A stretch of DNA of 63,155 bases, counting the filler, from Vannella sp. (Eukaryota), in the NCBI GenBank assembly GCA_023345925.1. It is 8 parts of 8 records of this genome, joined end to end, with 100 filler letters (N's around TTAATTAATTAA, not from the genome) between each part and the next. Parts side by side here need not be neighbours in the genome. Positions count along the whole stretch, not along the records: positions 40,715 to 49,091 come from JAJQQN010000577.1; positions 49,192 to 58,405 come from JAJQQN010001248.1; positions 58,506 to 63,155 come from JAJQQN010000347.1; 5 more parts are not named here. One strand, written 5' to 3'. A program made the position numbers and the translations under genes. This document shows, piece after piece, positions 48,470 through 60,142 of the stretch (the stretch's first letter is position 1; every line of letters starts with the position of its first letter). The notes under the pieces are model-generated. The model was not told where the DNA came from. It saw nothing but the letters and a program-made list of their open reading frames with translations, and did no database searches.

Positions 48470-48838
48470 TCAGACAAGTGGTCCATACGCTGAGATTCCA
48501 GGGGTGCACTGAGAAGGGTCCCAATCAGGGGTTTGGATGGAGACCTCCGCGGGTTCGAATGTTCTCATCTCTTGGAAGGTGATGACGGGAGCTCGACGGT
48601 TTCTCCGCTCCAATGAGTAAACGCAGTAACATACAAGAATACATCCCATGCAAACACAACAGAGACCAACCACCACCGCAAGAGCAGTCAACACCACAGC
48701 AATAATTAGAACTACAGCCAGCGCAATCTCACCCTCCTCCAAGGCGCCACTCAGAGACGACTTGATCCAGCCCACAACACTGGCATTCGTACACGAACAG
48801 AGAACTAACAAGCACAAAGGCACCAGTCCATGTCGCAT
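48470..48838 (-). CDS. Small single-pass membrane protein with a Cys-rich TM region
   Basis: Signal-like MRHGLVPLCLLVL; long hydrophobic stretch ending GLCCVCMGCILVCYC; basic stop-transfer. Confidence 0.55.
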   Translation of the reverse strand: MRHGLVPLCLLVLCSCTNASVVGWIKSSLSGALEEGEIALAVVLIIAVVLTALAVVVGLCCVCMGCILVCYCVYSLERRNRRAPVITFQEMRTFEPAEVSIQTPDWDPSQCTPGISAYGPLV

Positions 48839-49091
48839 CTCTCGTGGGTGCGGGGAAATGCCTTTGAAATGGCTCAAATTTGGTTCTATGAAATGAACAT
48901 ATAATATAAAAATCAACTCCAACTGTCATTATTGTCAAGATAATGATCACTTATGATAAACCACTTCTTCGCGCCAACCCGGAACCCAACACCTCTCCTT
49001 ACACACCGGACCCATAGTTTAACAGGTTATTCGCCTACAACCCCCACCCCACTCTACTACTATGACTGAGAAGAACCCTTTCAGCAAGGTT

Positions 49092-49191
49092 NNNNNNNNN
49101 NNNNNNNNNNNNNNNNNNNNNNNNNNNNNNNNNNNTTAATTAATTAANNNNNNNNNNNNNNNNNNNNNNNNNNNNNNNNNNNNNNNNNNNN
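49092..49191. other. Artificial contig linker
   Basis: N44-TTAATTAATTAA-N44. Confidence 0.99.
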
Positions 49192-49256
49192 GCAAGACTT
49201 GCTTGCACCCCGCTTGATTTAAGCGGCTTGTGGCGGTTTGTGGGTCATTCTTTTCG

Positions 49257-50144
49257 ATGACCGGCTCCGCTGACGAACTTAAACCCTCTCTTGAGCTACA
49301 ACTCGCGTTGGTCGACAACAAACAAACTCTGGAGAGACAAAGTCACTTGCACAAACTCGAAATGGAGAGACAAAGTCACATGCAAGAACTTCAAATGGAG
49401 AAGCTCAACTCCAAGATCGAGATACTAGCTCTCAACACCAAGGTTGACCAGTTAGAGAAGAAGATCGTCGAGCTGGAGAAACAACACCAGAAGGATTTGG
49501 AACATGTCGCGGAACTCGCCGCTCTCAAAGCCCAGCTTTTCGCTGTGGAAGAGAGGGATAAGGTGAGAGCAGCTCAACCGGCGAGTATTGTGCACATTCC
49601 AAGTGCTGCTCCGATCTCCAGTATTCATGGATCCACAATCTTGCAGCCGCACCATCCCGCGAGTCTTCTGCAAAGCTGGCTTGGTGGGGGCAGCTGGAAC
49701 ATGATCTTCCGAGCATCATTGCATGGCTTTACGGCAGCCAACTTCCACGCCATCTGCGACAATCGGGGAGCCACCCTTGTCCTTGTCCGCAGCACTGGAG
49801 GTTTCGTTTTCGGAGGATACGCTTCCATCCCCTGGAACAGCTCTGGCACTTCTGCCGTAGCACCAGGAAGCTTCTTGTTCCATCTCAACAACCCAAGCGG
49901 GGATCCTCCTTCCATGTATCCTCTTCAAGCTCCCACCAATGGCTCCGCAGTGAACAACATTGCCTCTTACGGACCCTCCTTTGGTTCAAGATATGATTTG
50001 TACATTGCTGATGCCTGCCAAACCAACGCCAATTACTGCAACTTGGGCGGCAGCTACACCAACACCTTCGGAAGAGGCCAAGCCGCTTTCACAGGTGCCT
50101 ACAACTTCCAAGTGAGCGATTACGAGGTCTTTACCCGCTACTAA
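49257..50144 (+). CDS. Coiled-coil and TLDc domain protein
   Basis: FRASLHGF....FH..CDNRGATL; FGGY; GPSFG; YEVF. Confidence 0.88.
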   Translation: MTGSADELKPSLELQLALVDNKQTLERQSHLHKLEMERQSHMQELQMEKLNSKIEILALNTKVDQLEKKIVELEKQHQKDLEHVAELAALKAQLFAVEERDKVRAAQPASIVHIPSAAPISSIHGSTILQPHHPASLLQSWLGGGSWNMIFRASLHGFTAANFHAICDNRGATLVLVRSTGGFVFGGYASIPWNSSGTSAVAPGSFLFHLNNPSGDPPSMYPLQAPTNGSAVNNIASYGPSFGSRYDLYIADACQTNANYCNLGGSYTNTFGRGQAAFTGAYNFQVSDYEVFTRY

Positions 50145-50215
50145 TGGCGTTCCCTTCCTATTCGGCACACAAAAGCCAGGAGCAGTGCCTCACCGCGGGA
50201 TCTTTCAACAATAAA

Positions 50216-50310
50216 CCTCATTCCTTCCTTCAGCCTCATTCCCTCACTCAGCCTCATTCATTCCTTCATTCCCTGCTCACTCATTCCCTTCTTTCCTCAT
50301 TTCTCTCATT
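50216..50310 (+). repeat. Degenerate CTCATTCC-rich tandem repeat in the intergenic/promoter region of RRP4
   Basis: About 7 copies of the (C)TCATT(C) core, including an 18-bp CAGCCTCATTC unit. Confidence 0.6.
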
Positions 50311-50315
50311 TATTG

Positions 50316-51494
50316 ATGAACGCGACCGTCCTTCTGCCCTCTCAAGTGGCTCCTGCCAGCCCTCCTCTGAAGCGGCAGCGGAGTGTGGCTTCGGTGCAAC
50401 ACGTACTGCCGGGAGAGGTTATCTCTGCTGAAGCTGGTTACCTACGGTGGGTGAGGGTGCAAGGAGAAGGGGAGAGCTGACGAGGGTGGGGAATCAGGGG
50501 ACACGGCACCCACGAGGTGGATGGGAAGCTCATTTCCACGGTCAGTGGCGTCGTGGAGCACGTCAACAAGTTGATTTCTGTAGTACCGTTACGATCACGG
50601 TGGGTGCTCTGTCCCAGCAGTACCAAGCGACTCACAATCGCTCCAGTTTCACGGGGGATGTCGGCGATGTGATCGTTGGGAGGATCAGCGAGGTGGGGAA
50701 CAAGCGCTGGAAGGTTGATGTCAATGCCAAGCAGGATGCCGTTCTCTTGCTATCCTCCATCAACTTACCAGGCGGTACTCTCGTACGATAACTCCTTTTC
50801 AAGGCCGAATTTGTTGCTTACTCGCTGCACAGAGACGCAGGACAGCAGAGGATGCTCTTCTGATGCGCAACTTCTTTGTAGAGAATGACCTTATCAGTGT
50901 AAGTGGGCCCTGACACACCCCCTCCGATCTTTTGCTTAAAACGTGATCAGGCAGAGGTTCAGCAGTTCTACCACGACGGATCGATGTCCTTGCACACCAG
51001 GAACCTCAAGTATGGAAAGGTAAGCATCTCGTTATCTCGTTGGAGCCGTCTCTCAACCTCCACAGCTGAAGAATGGGCAGTTCTTGGCTGTCCCCTCCGC
51101 CCTGATCAAACGAGGAAAGAGCCATTTCCTGTCCTTACCGTGCCTTGTGGATGTCATCGTCGGTAACAACGGGTACATCTTTATCTCTACAACCCCCAAG
51201 AAGGGCACAGAGCTCGATGGAGGCATGAAAGACGACACCAACATCGACATCGAGCCCGCCACTTTAGAGCAGAGAGCAACGCGGAAAGAGGAGCGTATGC
51301 GCATCTGCCGTGTATCAAACACCATCCAAGCACTGGCAGACAACTTCATCGCCATCTACGAGACCACCATCATGGAAACTTACGTGGCCGGGCTCCATTA
51401 CGAGCCCAAGGAGCTCCGTAGGCCCGATGTGATCAAGAAGATCATTGTGAATGCTTCAAAACACGTTGATCACTATCAAGCGACCGACGAGTAG
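50316..51494 (+). CDS. RRP4: Exosome complex component RRP4, 6 exons
   Basis: GYLR|GHGT; VNKLISV.PL; GDVIVGRI; WKVD; SSINLPGG; RRRT.ED.L.MR; SLHTR.LKYGKL; GNNGYI. Confidence 0.93.
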
Positions 51495-51534
51495 CTTAAA
51501 ACGGCTAAACACAGCTTCATTAGCAAACTCTTGC

Positions 51535-51975
51535 TTACTTTGCATCGCAGGCGCTTGGGCAGAACCATTTGAAGTTGTCAAAGTACCAAGTACCACAGAT
51601 GTGTGCGTTGTAGCTGAACATGGTGCCCCGCCCGTTGTTGGTGGGGGAGACGTACGTGGTGGCGGGGTACTTGTAGACCATTATGTCGTCCCCGTTCTCT
51701 CCCATGGTGAGCCAATGGCCTGCTTCATTGTAGAAGTTGTCTAGGAAGGTTCCATTGCGAAGGAAGTAGATCTCTGTGAAGCGTGGCTTGGCGTTCAAGG
51801 CTACAAAGTACTGGGGCCACTCGTAGTACATCTGGGCGGTCCCACAAACCTCGTCCTCCTCGCCGAAAGCACCGCTCACTCGCACGCCATTCGATGAAGC
51901 TACATCGTTACCATCCGGTCCCAGGTGGCCACACACAGCCAGCACCAGCAACAGACCAAGGAAGAGACACCTCAT
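51535..51975 (-). CDS. Small secreted hypothetical protein (146 aa)
   Basis: Signal peptide; aromatic-rich; 4 Cys in the mature part. Confidence 0.6.
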   Translation of the reverse strand: MRCLFLGLLLVLAVCGHLGPDGNDVASSNGVRVSGAFGEEDEVCGTAQMYYEWPQYFVALNAKPRFTEIYFLRNGTFLDNFYNEAGHWLTMGENGDDIMVYKYPATTYVSPTNNGRGTMFSYNAHICGTWYFDNFKWFCPSACDAK

Positions 51976-52020
51976 GGACCTGGCGACAGGGAAATGAGCT
52001 TTTCACGTGTTAAGGGAGGT

Positions 52021-55000
52021 TTAGTGGTCTTCTAGAGAGGCTTGGATGGCAAGTTCGAGCATCTTCTGCTCCCAGATGGCATCGTGAGGGGCAGAGAGCA
52101 TCTTGGAAGTGAGTTCTTGGCCCATGATCTCTCGCAGCTTGGGGACGGGCCTGGTTTTGTCCTGTTCCTTTGCTGTCTGTTGCTCTTTCATGATGTCTGA
52201 TAGAGAGACAAGCTTTGGTTTGTGTGCAGGAAGAGAACGGTGGGGCGGGGTTGTCCCTGTTGGGGTGGGAGGGCTTGAAAGGGACATTGTTGTTGACTTA
52301 GTGCTTTGGGAGCGCTTCCGCTGCTTCTTTTGAGGTACTAGATTGATTGGAGGGAAGTTGTCTGCTGGAGATATCCCCAAAGCCGGCCAAGCTGAGCGCT
52401 GTGGACTGGAAGAAGGCGAAGTGGACCAACCGCTGTGAGAAGGACTTGTGGAGGGGCTGACACTGTTGGGCTTCACCTGCTGGCGACTCTTAATGCTCTG
52501 TTCTGCTTGAATTTCAGCCAGTGAAGGTGACTTGATGGGAGAAGTAGGGACAGCGCCCCAAGGGGATTCTGCCTTTCTGTGAGAAGTGACTTGCCCACTT
52601 GTCTGTTGGATGGGAATGGGAGACGTTCTGGGAGGCGTTTTTCGCACTGCTGGGTGTTTGTTCTGTTGCATAGAGGTCAGTGAGAAGGTCTTCGTACTCG
52701 CAGCGCGTTTCCTTTTGGTTTTGAATGGAATCACTTCAGGAACGGGAACTGGGATTGGGAGCGTTTCTGGCTCCTTCTTGTCCGAGTGGACAGTTTCATT
52801 CTCCTTCAGAAGGATTGATTCTAGTTCCGTTTCACTTGGCAAGTCAATGACCACTTGCTCCATGTCAGAAGGCAGGTCCTGGTCTTTTGGTAGTTCCTGA
52901 TTGATTCTTGGAGAGAGCGACTCTAAGAACACCTGCATCGTAGAACTACGAACTGTTTCTACCGAATCTCCGGTTGCATCACTAAGCTGTTGCATTAGAG
53001 AGGCCTTTTGATACATTTTGGAGGTTTGAGCTTGGTCCAGCCGTTCCCCTCTGGCTCGTTTTGCTTCAATTCGATAAATTTGGAAGATTTTCTTCCTGAC
53101 GCCCCGAACTCTCGCTGTTTCCCCGTCGTTGTTGCTCTCTGATAGGAGAGGAATGTCTTTTGGTTTGGCCATCTTCCCATCAGGTTGTGAGAACCGGAAT
53201 TCCTCTTCCATAGCTGAGAGGAAGACTTTGGGAGGAGCGATGTTGCTGGTATTGTCTTTTTGATAGGCATTGTCGGATATTTGCAAGTCCAAGCGCTCTT
53301 GTAAGGCTTGAAGTGTCTCATCAGACAATTCAACGAACATTCCCCGTTCAATGGACTCGTATAAGTGCCGTAGAATGTAGTCTAGGCACTTATTACGGAG
53401 TTGGGGAGCCATGTGGATATCACTCAGCTCCAATAGCGACAGAACCCCTTCCAAATGAATTTCTAGAGCCAATAGTGACTCGCACAGTTCCTTCAAGCGG
53501 GGGAGAATGAACTGGTTGGCCATTATCAGCACTTCAACAACCACATTGAGCGGAGTAGTCTCCGCCAGACTGTCAAGATAAAGGTATTCAACCACCTGTT
53601 TCCAGTGATGAGCATCAATTAAAGAGGATTACGGAAGAGATACCTTCTTGATTGCTTCCGTTGAGTTTGGAAAGTGAATAGTGCCGTTTTCACATTCTCT
53701 TAAACCAGAGGAAAAGAGTGCGCTGAAGTATTGAGATCTTGAGCTCAACACAGCGCGATGGCAATGAATGGATCCCATGCCCTTGCTTTTGATGACTACG
53801 TCCTGCTCAGTGTCAGAAGAATGAAGCGAGGAAGTCAATGCCAGCCTACGTAATAAGGGCATCCTTTCAGTAGTGAAGCGAATCTACTTGAAGGTAATTT
53901 CAACAGAGAGACTGACTTGATTCGGAGATATTGAGATGAATTGGCTTGCGTTAACTGGTCAAACAAAGACGAGAATTGAAGAGACGACAGAGATTCTCTA
54001 AGCCTATCATAATCTACTGTCTGCGAGTTTGTGCTCAACGCCCCAGCATAAAGAATCTCCAGAATCGCAGCGAGAATAGACCCTTCCATGTTAACTTTGA
54101 AGGGCTGTTGGGGTATTCGGAACAGCTCGTGAAAGAAGTCACTTTGAAAAGAAAGAAGAAATCGGTGAACTGGGAACAGCTGATCGTCGGAAGAGCATAA
54201 CAAGGCATCATAGTAACTGCCCTTCTCGAGCAGACCTAGGAAGTCCTGGTCCAGTTGGGAATCCCCAATAGGAATGAGCTGCCCTACTTTTGACTTCGAG
54301 ACAATGGCAGAACAGTGGTAATCAGAGCAAGCAAGCTGCACAATATTGTCCACAACAACGCACTTCGGCGCCTCTGCAATTGGGAGACTATCAAACTCCC
54401 AAATCTGCTGAGCTTGATCGTAGACAAAAAGGCGTTTCGGGCTACTTGTCACAGCTGTTGCTCGGCCGCCATGAAGGTCAATCTCACTGAAAGGCGTGAG
54501 CTTAGAGCACAAAACTTGCGATCCTTGGAGGGTTCGCGGCACTTTCTCGGTCCTCCACATACTAAAGAATGCCTTTCCGAGATTATTACAGAAAGCAAAG
54601 AATTCGTCTCCGCATGTGAACTCTGTTACGCGTCCAATCATCCCTAAGAAAGGTGTGTTCATGTTCTTGGCCGCACTTTGGCCTTTCCCAAAGTAATAGA
54701 GTCTTCGTCGATCTTCCAATAGAGCGATTGTGACGTGTTTCCCAGCCCTAATAGAGCTAACAACCTCTTCTGTGAGGCTTGGAACTACTCTGGGGATCAG
54801 CGAGTCTTCGTATAAGGTCTGGCCGGTCTGTCCAAACGATCCACTGCCCCAAGTGAATACTTCTCCTTTGTCAGTTAGGGCAGCAGTGTGATCAAATCCG
54901 GCTGCCACTTGTATAACATGATGCTGGAAGAGTCTCAATACACATTTGGGAGAGGAAGAGCCAATGACAGTCCCATTCCCCAGTCTCCCGTTTTCTCCCG

Positions 55001-55988
55001 AGCCAAAAGTGAATAGATGACCCTCAGATGTCACCACACAGCTATGAGCAGGTCCAATGGAAAGGCAAGTGAACGACTCGGTTGCTAAAGACACTTGAGT
55101 AGGAAGAGGAACTGTCCCTCCCTCCTTTCCAAGCCCTAAGCAGCCCTCCTTGTCCAATCCCCAAGCCCAGAGGGATGCTTCGCCAGAGTCGGGATCAACA
55201 CAAGCTGCCAAAGTGTAGTACTTGGAAGTGGCGCATATCTTCACACTCAGGCGGCCCATCTCACCTTCTCTTTGGTGAGTGGAACATTCAAAACCGTCAG
55301 AAGTCATCGTACCTTGGACTGGGCAAGGCGTTGATCTATTACCAGGTATTCCATTACCAAGAGCAAAGTGTGTTCCACTTCCCCATGTCAGCAAACGACT
55401 GGCATCGGAGGAGTGATCTTCTCCGAGTTCGTTTTTCGACTTGGGAGTCGTTGTGAACTGCAGGATCTCACAGAGTAAGTCTCTATTACTCTCTGATGTT
55501 GATGTGACTTCAAGAAGGACCTTGAGAAGCTCAAGGCGAGCTGTGTGGCCGGCCCAGTGCAGGGCTGTCCATCCTGCTTCCGCAGCTTCCTCCCTTCGCT
55601 TGTCAGAGACTCGCTTTGAGATGCTAGCGGAAGATTGGTCAAGTTTGGATAGTCTGCGATAGGTATCTCGACCATCTGGCGCCACCTGGTGCCGTAGGAG
55701 CCATCGGACCACCTCAGTCTGCCCAAAAGCAGCTGCAACGTGAAGAGGAGTCCAACCTCCACCACGAAACGTTTGCACTTGCTTTTGTCCTCGATAGTTA
55801 CTCCACTGAGCCTCTTCCACTGCCCGCTCCTTCAAATGATCGGGAACAGGATGGCGCTGACCGAGAGCCCTCACTCCCTCCTCCTTCCGAATCTCCTCTA
55901 AGCGAGCAAGATCGCCAAAGCGACAAGCTTCCCAAACACTCCGCGAACCCACAGAAGCGCCCAACACGGAGCCACCCTGCCGACCCAT
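52021..55988 (-). CDS. IBTK/Btb1-like protein (ankyrin, RCC1, two BTB domains, low-complexity tail), 3 exons
   Basis: GWTPLH/GWTALH ankyrins; RCC1 blades (FGSGENGRLG, TWGSG.FGQ.G); BTB FPVHRFLL and HCHRAVL..RSQYF; SL.EI..E tail motifs. Confidence 0.8.
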
Positions 55989-56073
55989 CCACTCCTCAAA
56001 TGATGGAAAAGTGGCTCTCTTAAAAACATATAAAAAATTGATTAGAAAAGATCCCGGTCGATTTTGGCCAATC

Positions 56074-58405
56074 CTAGTACGGAGTTTCTATGCGAACTGA
56101 ACTTTGGAGATAAGTGTCGAGACGGTAGGCTTTCAAGCGAAAGTAGACTTCGATGGCGAGCACAGAAAGGGTGACCACAAGAAGAGCCCCTCCTATGAAC
56201 CCGAGGGAGATCCAAGGAAGTACAAGGTCTTGTCCAGATTGACAAGGATCTGATTCGTTGCTGCCTGTCAACAGCAAAGCAAAGTTGGTGAGATGGCTGG
56301 TTTGTCCGCACAGAAGATTGTCGTCCTTGTTGCTCTTGGTGGCTGTCAGGCACTTGTCTTCACATCTCCACTTCCCCTTTTGCTCGTCGTAATAGCTGAG
56401 ACACACCTTCTTGGTGTTGTTCGGGAGAGAAAGGCAAATGATCAGAGGAGAATCCAACTGGGTGATGGAGCTTCCTTGTCCATCCACCAAGGTAATGTTC
56501 AGTACACTACTGACCAAGACCTGTGAGTCAGATGAGTTACCAAAGATATCACTGGAGAAGGAGGTTATCAGAGTTGTGTTGGGTTGGTCACTTAAGCCGG
56601 AAGGAACCAAAAGGCTTGCCAAAATCTCTCCACCAGGGGACAAGGAAAGCTCAACCAACTCCTCTCTTGAAGTGAAATTCGTCAAGTTGATTTCAAATAC
56701 AGGAGCTTCTGGAGAGTTGGAAGGGAGAGCTTGGGCACTATTCGAAGAAGCTTCAATCAAAACAGAACTTTGCGTCCCAGAGACGGTTGGAGGGGTTCTC
56801 AAGCTCTCAGAGGAAGAAGGAGAAGGCACAATTGATTCAGAAGAGGTAAGCGAGGGATCATTACTTGCACTAGAGGAAGGCGAAGGCACGGGACTCGAGG
56901 AAGGCGCTTCTGTTTCGCTGGAAGAAGTTGACCATAATTGAATCTGTGAATTCGTGAGACTCATTGAATCAGTTGGCGTTTCTGAAACACTGGATGAACT
57001 GCTTGCGAAAGAGAATATCGATTCTGAACTTGTGCCAGTTGAAGTAGGAGATTCACTGAAGGGCGGAGAAGCTGAGGAAGTTCTCGATTCTGAGATTGTT
57101 CCACTTGAGGAGGAGGAACTCGACTCTGAACTTGTACCAGTTGAAGTAGGAGATTCACTGATGGATGGTGAAGCTGAGGAAGTTCTCGAATCTGAGATTG
57201 TTCCACTTAAGGAGGAGGAACTCGACTCTGAACTTGTACCAGTTGAAGTAGAAGATTTGCTGATGGACGGAGAAGCCGAGGAAGTTCCTGAATCTGAGAC
57301 TGTTCTACTAGAAGATGAAGAACTCGATCCCGAACTGGTGACCGTCAAAGTGGAAGTTTCACTGGGAGACAAAGAAGCAGAGGAGCTCCGTGAAAGCGAG
57401 GTTGTCCTACTTGAGGAAGGAGAACTGGTTTCTGAAGTTGTGCCTGTCAAAGTTCGAGTTTGAGTTCCACTGAAAGATGGAGTAGAAGTTGGTGTTTCAC
57501 TTGGAGACGGAGAAGCAAGGACGCTTGAGGTGAAAGAGATTGTGGTACTTGCTGATGGAGAAGGCAACCCAGTAGCTCTGCAAGCTCCTATTAATGGATC
57601 GCATGTAGCATAGAGATAATATCTTGGGAGAGGAAGCGTGCAATCGAAAACTTGACCGTAGAGGGAAATCGACGCATTGTTAGCACTTGGATCAATCAAA
57701 GTACCACATAAGCGGTTGGTACCCCCTAAGTAAACAGTTTGAAGGGATTTCAGAGCATTCCAGTTTGGTAGAGATCCGGTGAGGAAGTTCTCCTGTAAAT
57801 TTCTTCCATCCAACATGAGTGTTATTCTCTTTCTATCACTGTCTTACATGTTGGATAGCTGGCCCAAATACTCCCACTCTGGAAGTGAACCATTGACCAT
57901 ATTACCATCCAAGAGCCTACAATCAGTTAGTTCTTGAAACTCTCACTAGTTGCAAAGTGAAACTCTCACAGCTGAGATAACTTGGTTAAAGAGTTCCATT
58001 CAGGGAGAGTTCCAGAGATCTTGTTTCTCATCAACCAGAGAGTCGCTAAATCAACAAGATTAGGCCATTCTGGAAGAGATCCTTCTATCTTATTGCCAGA
58101 CAAGAGCCTACAGAATATTTAGTTCGCGCAAAATTGCTCAAAGAAGGGATTCTCACAAAGAAGACAGTTTTGTGAGAGAGTTCCATCCAGGAAGGGTTCC
58201 AGAAAGCAGGTTACCATGCAACCAGCTGACATTCGTCAGAACAACTTCAAAAGAATGGACGGAAGATCAGTCTGGTTGAGAAATTGGAAAAAAACTCACA
58301 TGGTTTCTATACTAGTCTGATTGGGCCATTCTGGAAGAGTACCAGTGATCATATTGGACATCACCAATCTGTCCCATTCAGTGATTCAGATGTCAAAGTG
58401 TCGGA
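56074..58405 (-). CDS. LRR - Ser/Thr stalk - GAIN/GPS - single TM receptor; 5' end truncated by contig end
   Basis: Exons 58300-58368, 58157-58225, 57970-58107, 57848-57916 and 56074-57802; GPS CLSYYD..W.C...CGQTSHLTNFALL; one TM; tail of about 22 aa. Confidence 0.85.
57020..57430 (-). repeat. Coding tandem repeat, 102-bp (34-aa) unit, about 4 copies, in the mucin-like stalk
   Basis: TCTGAACTTGT anchors at 57023, 57125 and 57227; unit TSTGTSSESSSSSLSGTISDSRTSSASPSISESP. Confidence 0.85.
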
Positions 58406-58505
58406 NNNNNNNNNNNNNNNNNNNNNNNNNNNNNNNNNNNNNNNNNNNNTTAATTAATTAANNNNNNNNNNNNNNNNNNNNNNNNNNNNNNNNNNNNNNN
58501 NNNNN
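58406..58505. other. Artificial contig linker
   Basis: N44-TTAATTAATTAA-N44. Confidence 0.99.
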
Positions 58506-58646
58506 GCTTTTCAAGACAAAGGGAGCTGGCAGGAAGTGTTCACTGATGAAGGCAGTGAGCTGGGCAAGGTTGATGGTTGAGTCCACGACGAAGACTCCCG
58601 TCTCCTTCTTGCAAGTGAGGGTGTAGTGACAGAGGAGCTCAGGCAT
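58506..58646 (-). CDS. 5' end of a truncated gene (possible PB1/ubiquitin-like N-terminus)
   Basis: MPELLCHYTL..ETGVFVVDSTINLAQLTAFISEHF..FVLK runs into the linker. Confidence 0.35.
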
Positions 58647-59563
58647 GGTGCCGACAAAGAATGAAGATTATCGCCATTCTCTGGCCTCAAATGGGCTCAA
58701 GCCCCGCTTGTTTCCCATTCTCGAGTCATTTCCCTCAACGGAGAAACGTGCTTGTGAGGGAGGTCAAGGTAACTGAGCAATGTTACCCCTTTTCATGACT
58801 GCCTCGCTCTTTCATACTCTTAAGGATACTGGCTGTGTGATGGGGGTGTTCGATGGGGGTACTCGAAGTTCGACCCTTTTACGTTGAAGAATCAGAGTGT
58901 TCCCTTGCATCGGGGAAGAAGTAGAAGGGTTCTTAATGGTCTTCAGATAGGTACTACGCGGATTCTTCTGCAGAGGGTGCGCAAGTGGAGCAAAGGCAGA
59001 AGTTATGACGCGTGACGGTGGTTTGGGTGGATGACCGCAGGAAGCGGGGCGCTTAACAGTGTTTGCTTGATAAAAGACTTCTTCACCACCAGATTCTCGT
59101 GAAGCAGCTTCCATAGCGCCGCAAGTACGCAAGATGCGTACTTTGGTTCCCTCTCAAGGCTACTCGGCGTAGAACGAGTCTGGTCTTCACAGGAGCGAGG
59201 GAAGGAAGTGATTAAAGATGGAAATGGTCCTCTGGCTATGAAGCCGTGAGCTCAAGGTCCATCTCAATGACCCCTTTGGGGCTGCGTGCGCTGACAAGAC
59301 CTTCCGCCATTGTTGAGTGGAGAAACGGACAATGATGCAGTATCTCCCATGAACAACAGATCGATCCTGCCCAAGCGCCGGAGGATCCGTTAGCACCAGA
59401 AGGTGATCCAGAAGAATGGTCAATCAATCCCGGTTGGTAATGGGCTTTTTAAAATGTGGAATAAATAACCAGAGGCGGGGGAGGAATTGGGTTGTCATAA
59501 AAAGATATTTTTGAGCGGAGCCAATCAGGAGGAGGAAGGGAGCCATTCTTCTACTTGCTCGTC

Positions 59564-60085
59564 ATGGACGGCCCCTCAGAGGCAGACCTCAAAAAGATCC
59601 ACCAAATGGCATTGGAGGAACGTACTGACACTGTGCGCAGACTTTGCAACCAGTGAGTGGAAGGAAGGGCTGTGTCTTGGAAGTTCTGACGAAAATAGGT
59701 CCAAACACTCTGAGGCCCTTGTGGAGTCCCTCCGCAAGCCCCCATCTGGTATTCGAGACAACCAGCTCAAGGTAAATGCAGCGTTCACTTGCCGCAAAGT
59801 GCGAACTGACGGAGGCCCTTGCTTTGTGATTTATAGAGCGAAAGCGCGAACCTTGTTGCTGAAGTCCTCACTGGTATCAAGGATGCGGATATCAACTCTT
59901 CCGTCAACGCCTTGTCCCCTGACCAGGTTGATGCCTTGATGAAGTACATCTACTGTGGCCTCGCCACCTACGAGAACTCCAACACCTACCTCAAGTGGCA
60001 CTCTGCTGTTGTCAACAAGGGAGGACTTGGCACTATCATCCGCTCCCTGTCTGAGCGCAAGAGCGTCGTTGACTGGTCCGAGTAG
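59564..60085 (+). CDS. ARPC5: Arp2/3 complex subunit 5 (p16), 3 exons
   Basis: Spliced product ...AL..SL..PP..|..V..VL..IK..DI...V..L...QVDALMKYIYCGL...LKWH..V..KGGLGTIIRSLSERKSV; not in the ORF track. Confidence 0.9.
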
Positions 60086-60142
60086 GAAGCTATCTCGCAT
60101 CTGTACTCTTAGAGAAGCCTCTTCCCTCTGTAATGGGCTTGC

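Noticed and set aside
56411..57463. Acidic Glu/Val-rich plus-strand ORFs
   Set aside because: Antisense mirror of the Ser/Thr stalk repeat
58812..59430. Short minus-strand ORFs upstream of ARPC5
   Set aside because: No recognisable motif or consistent splice model
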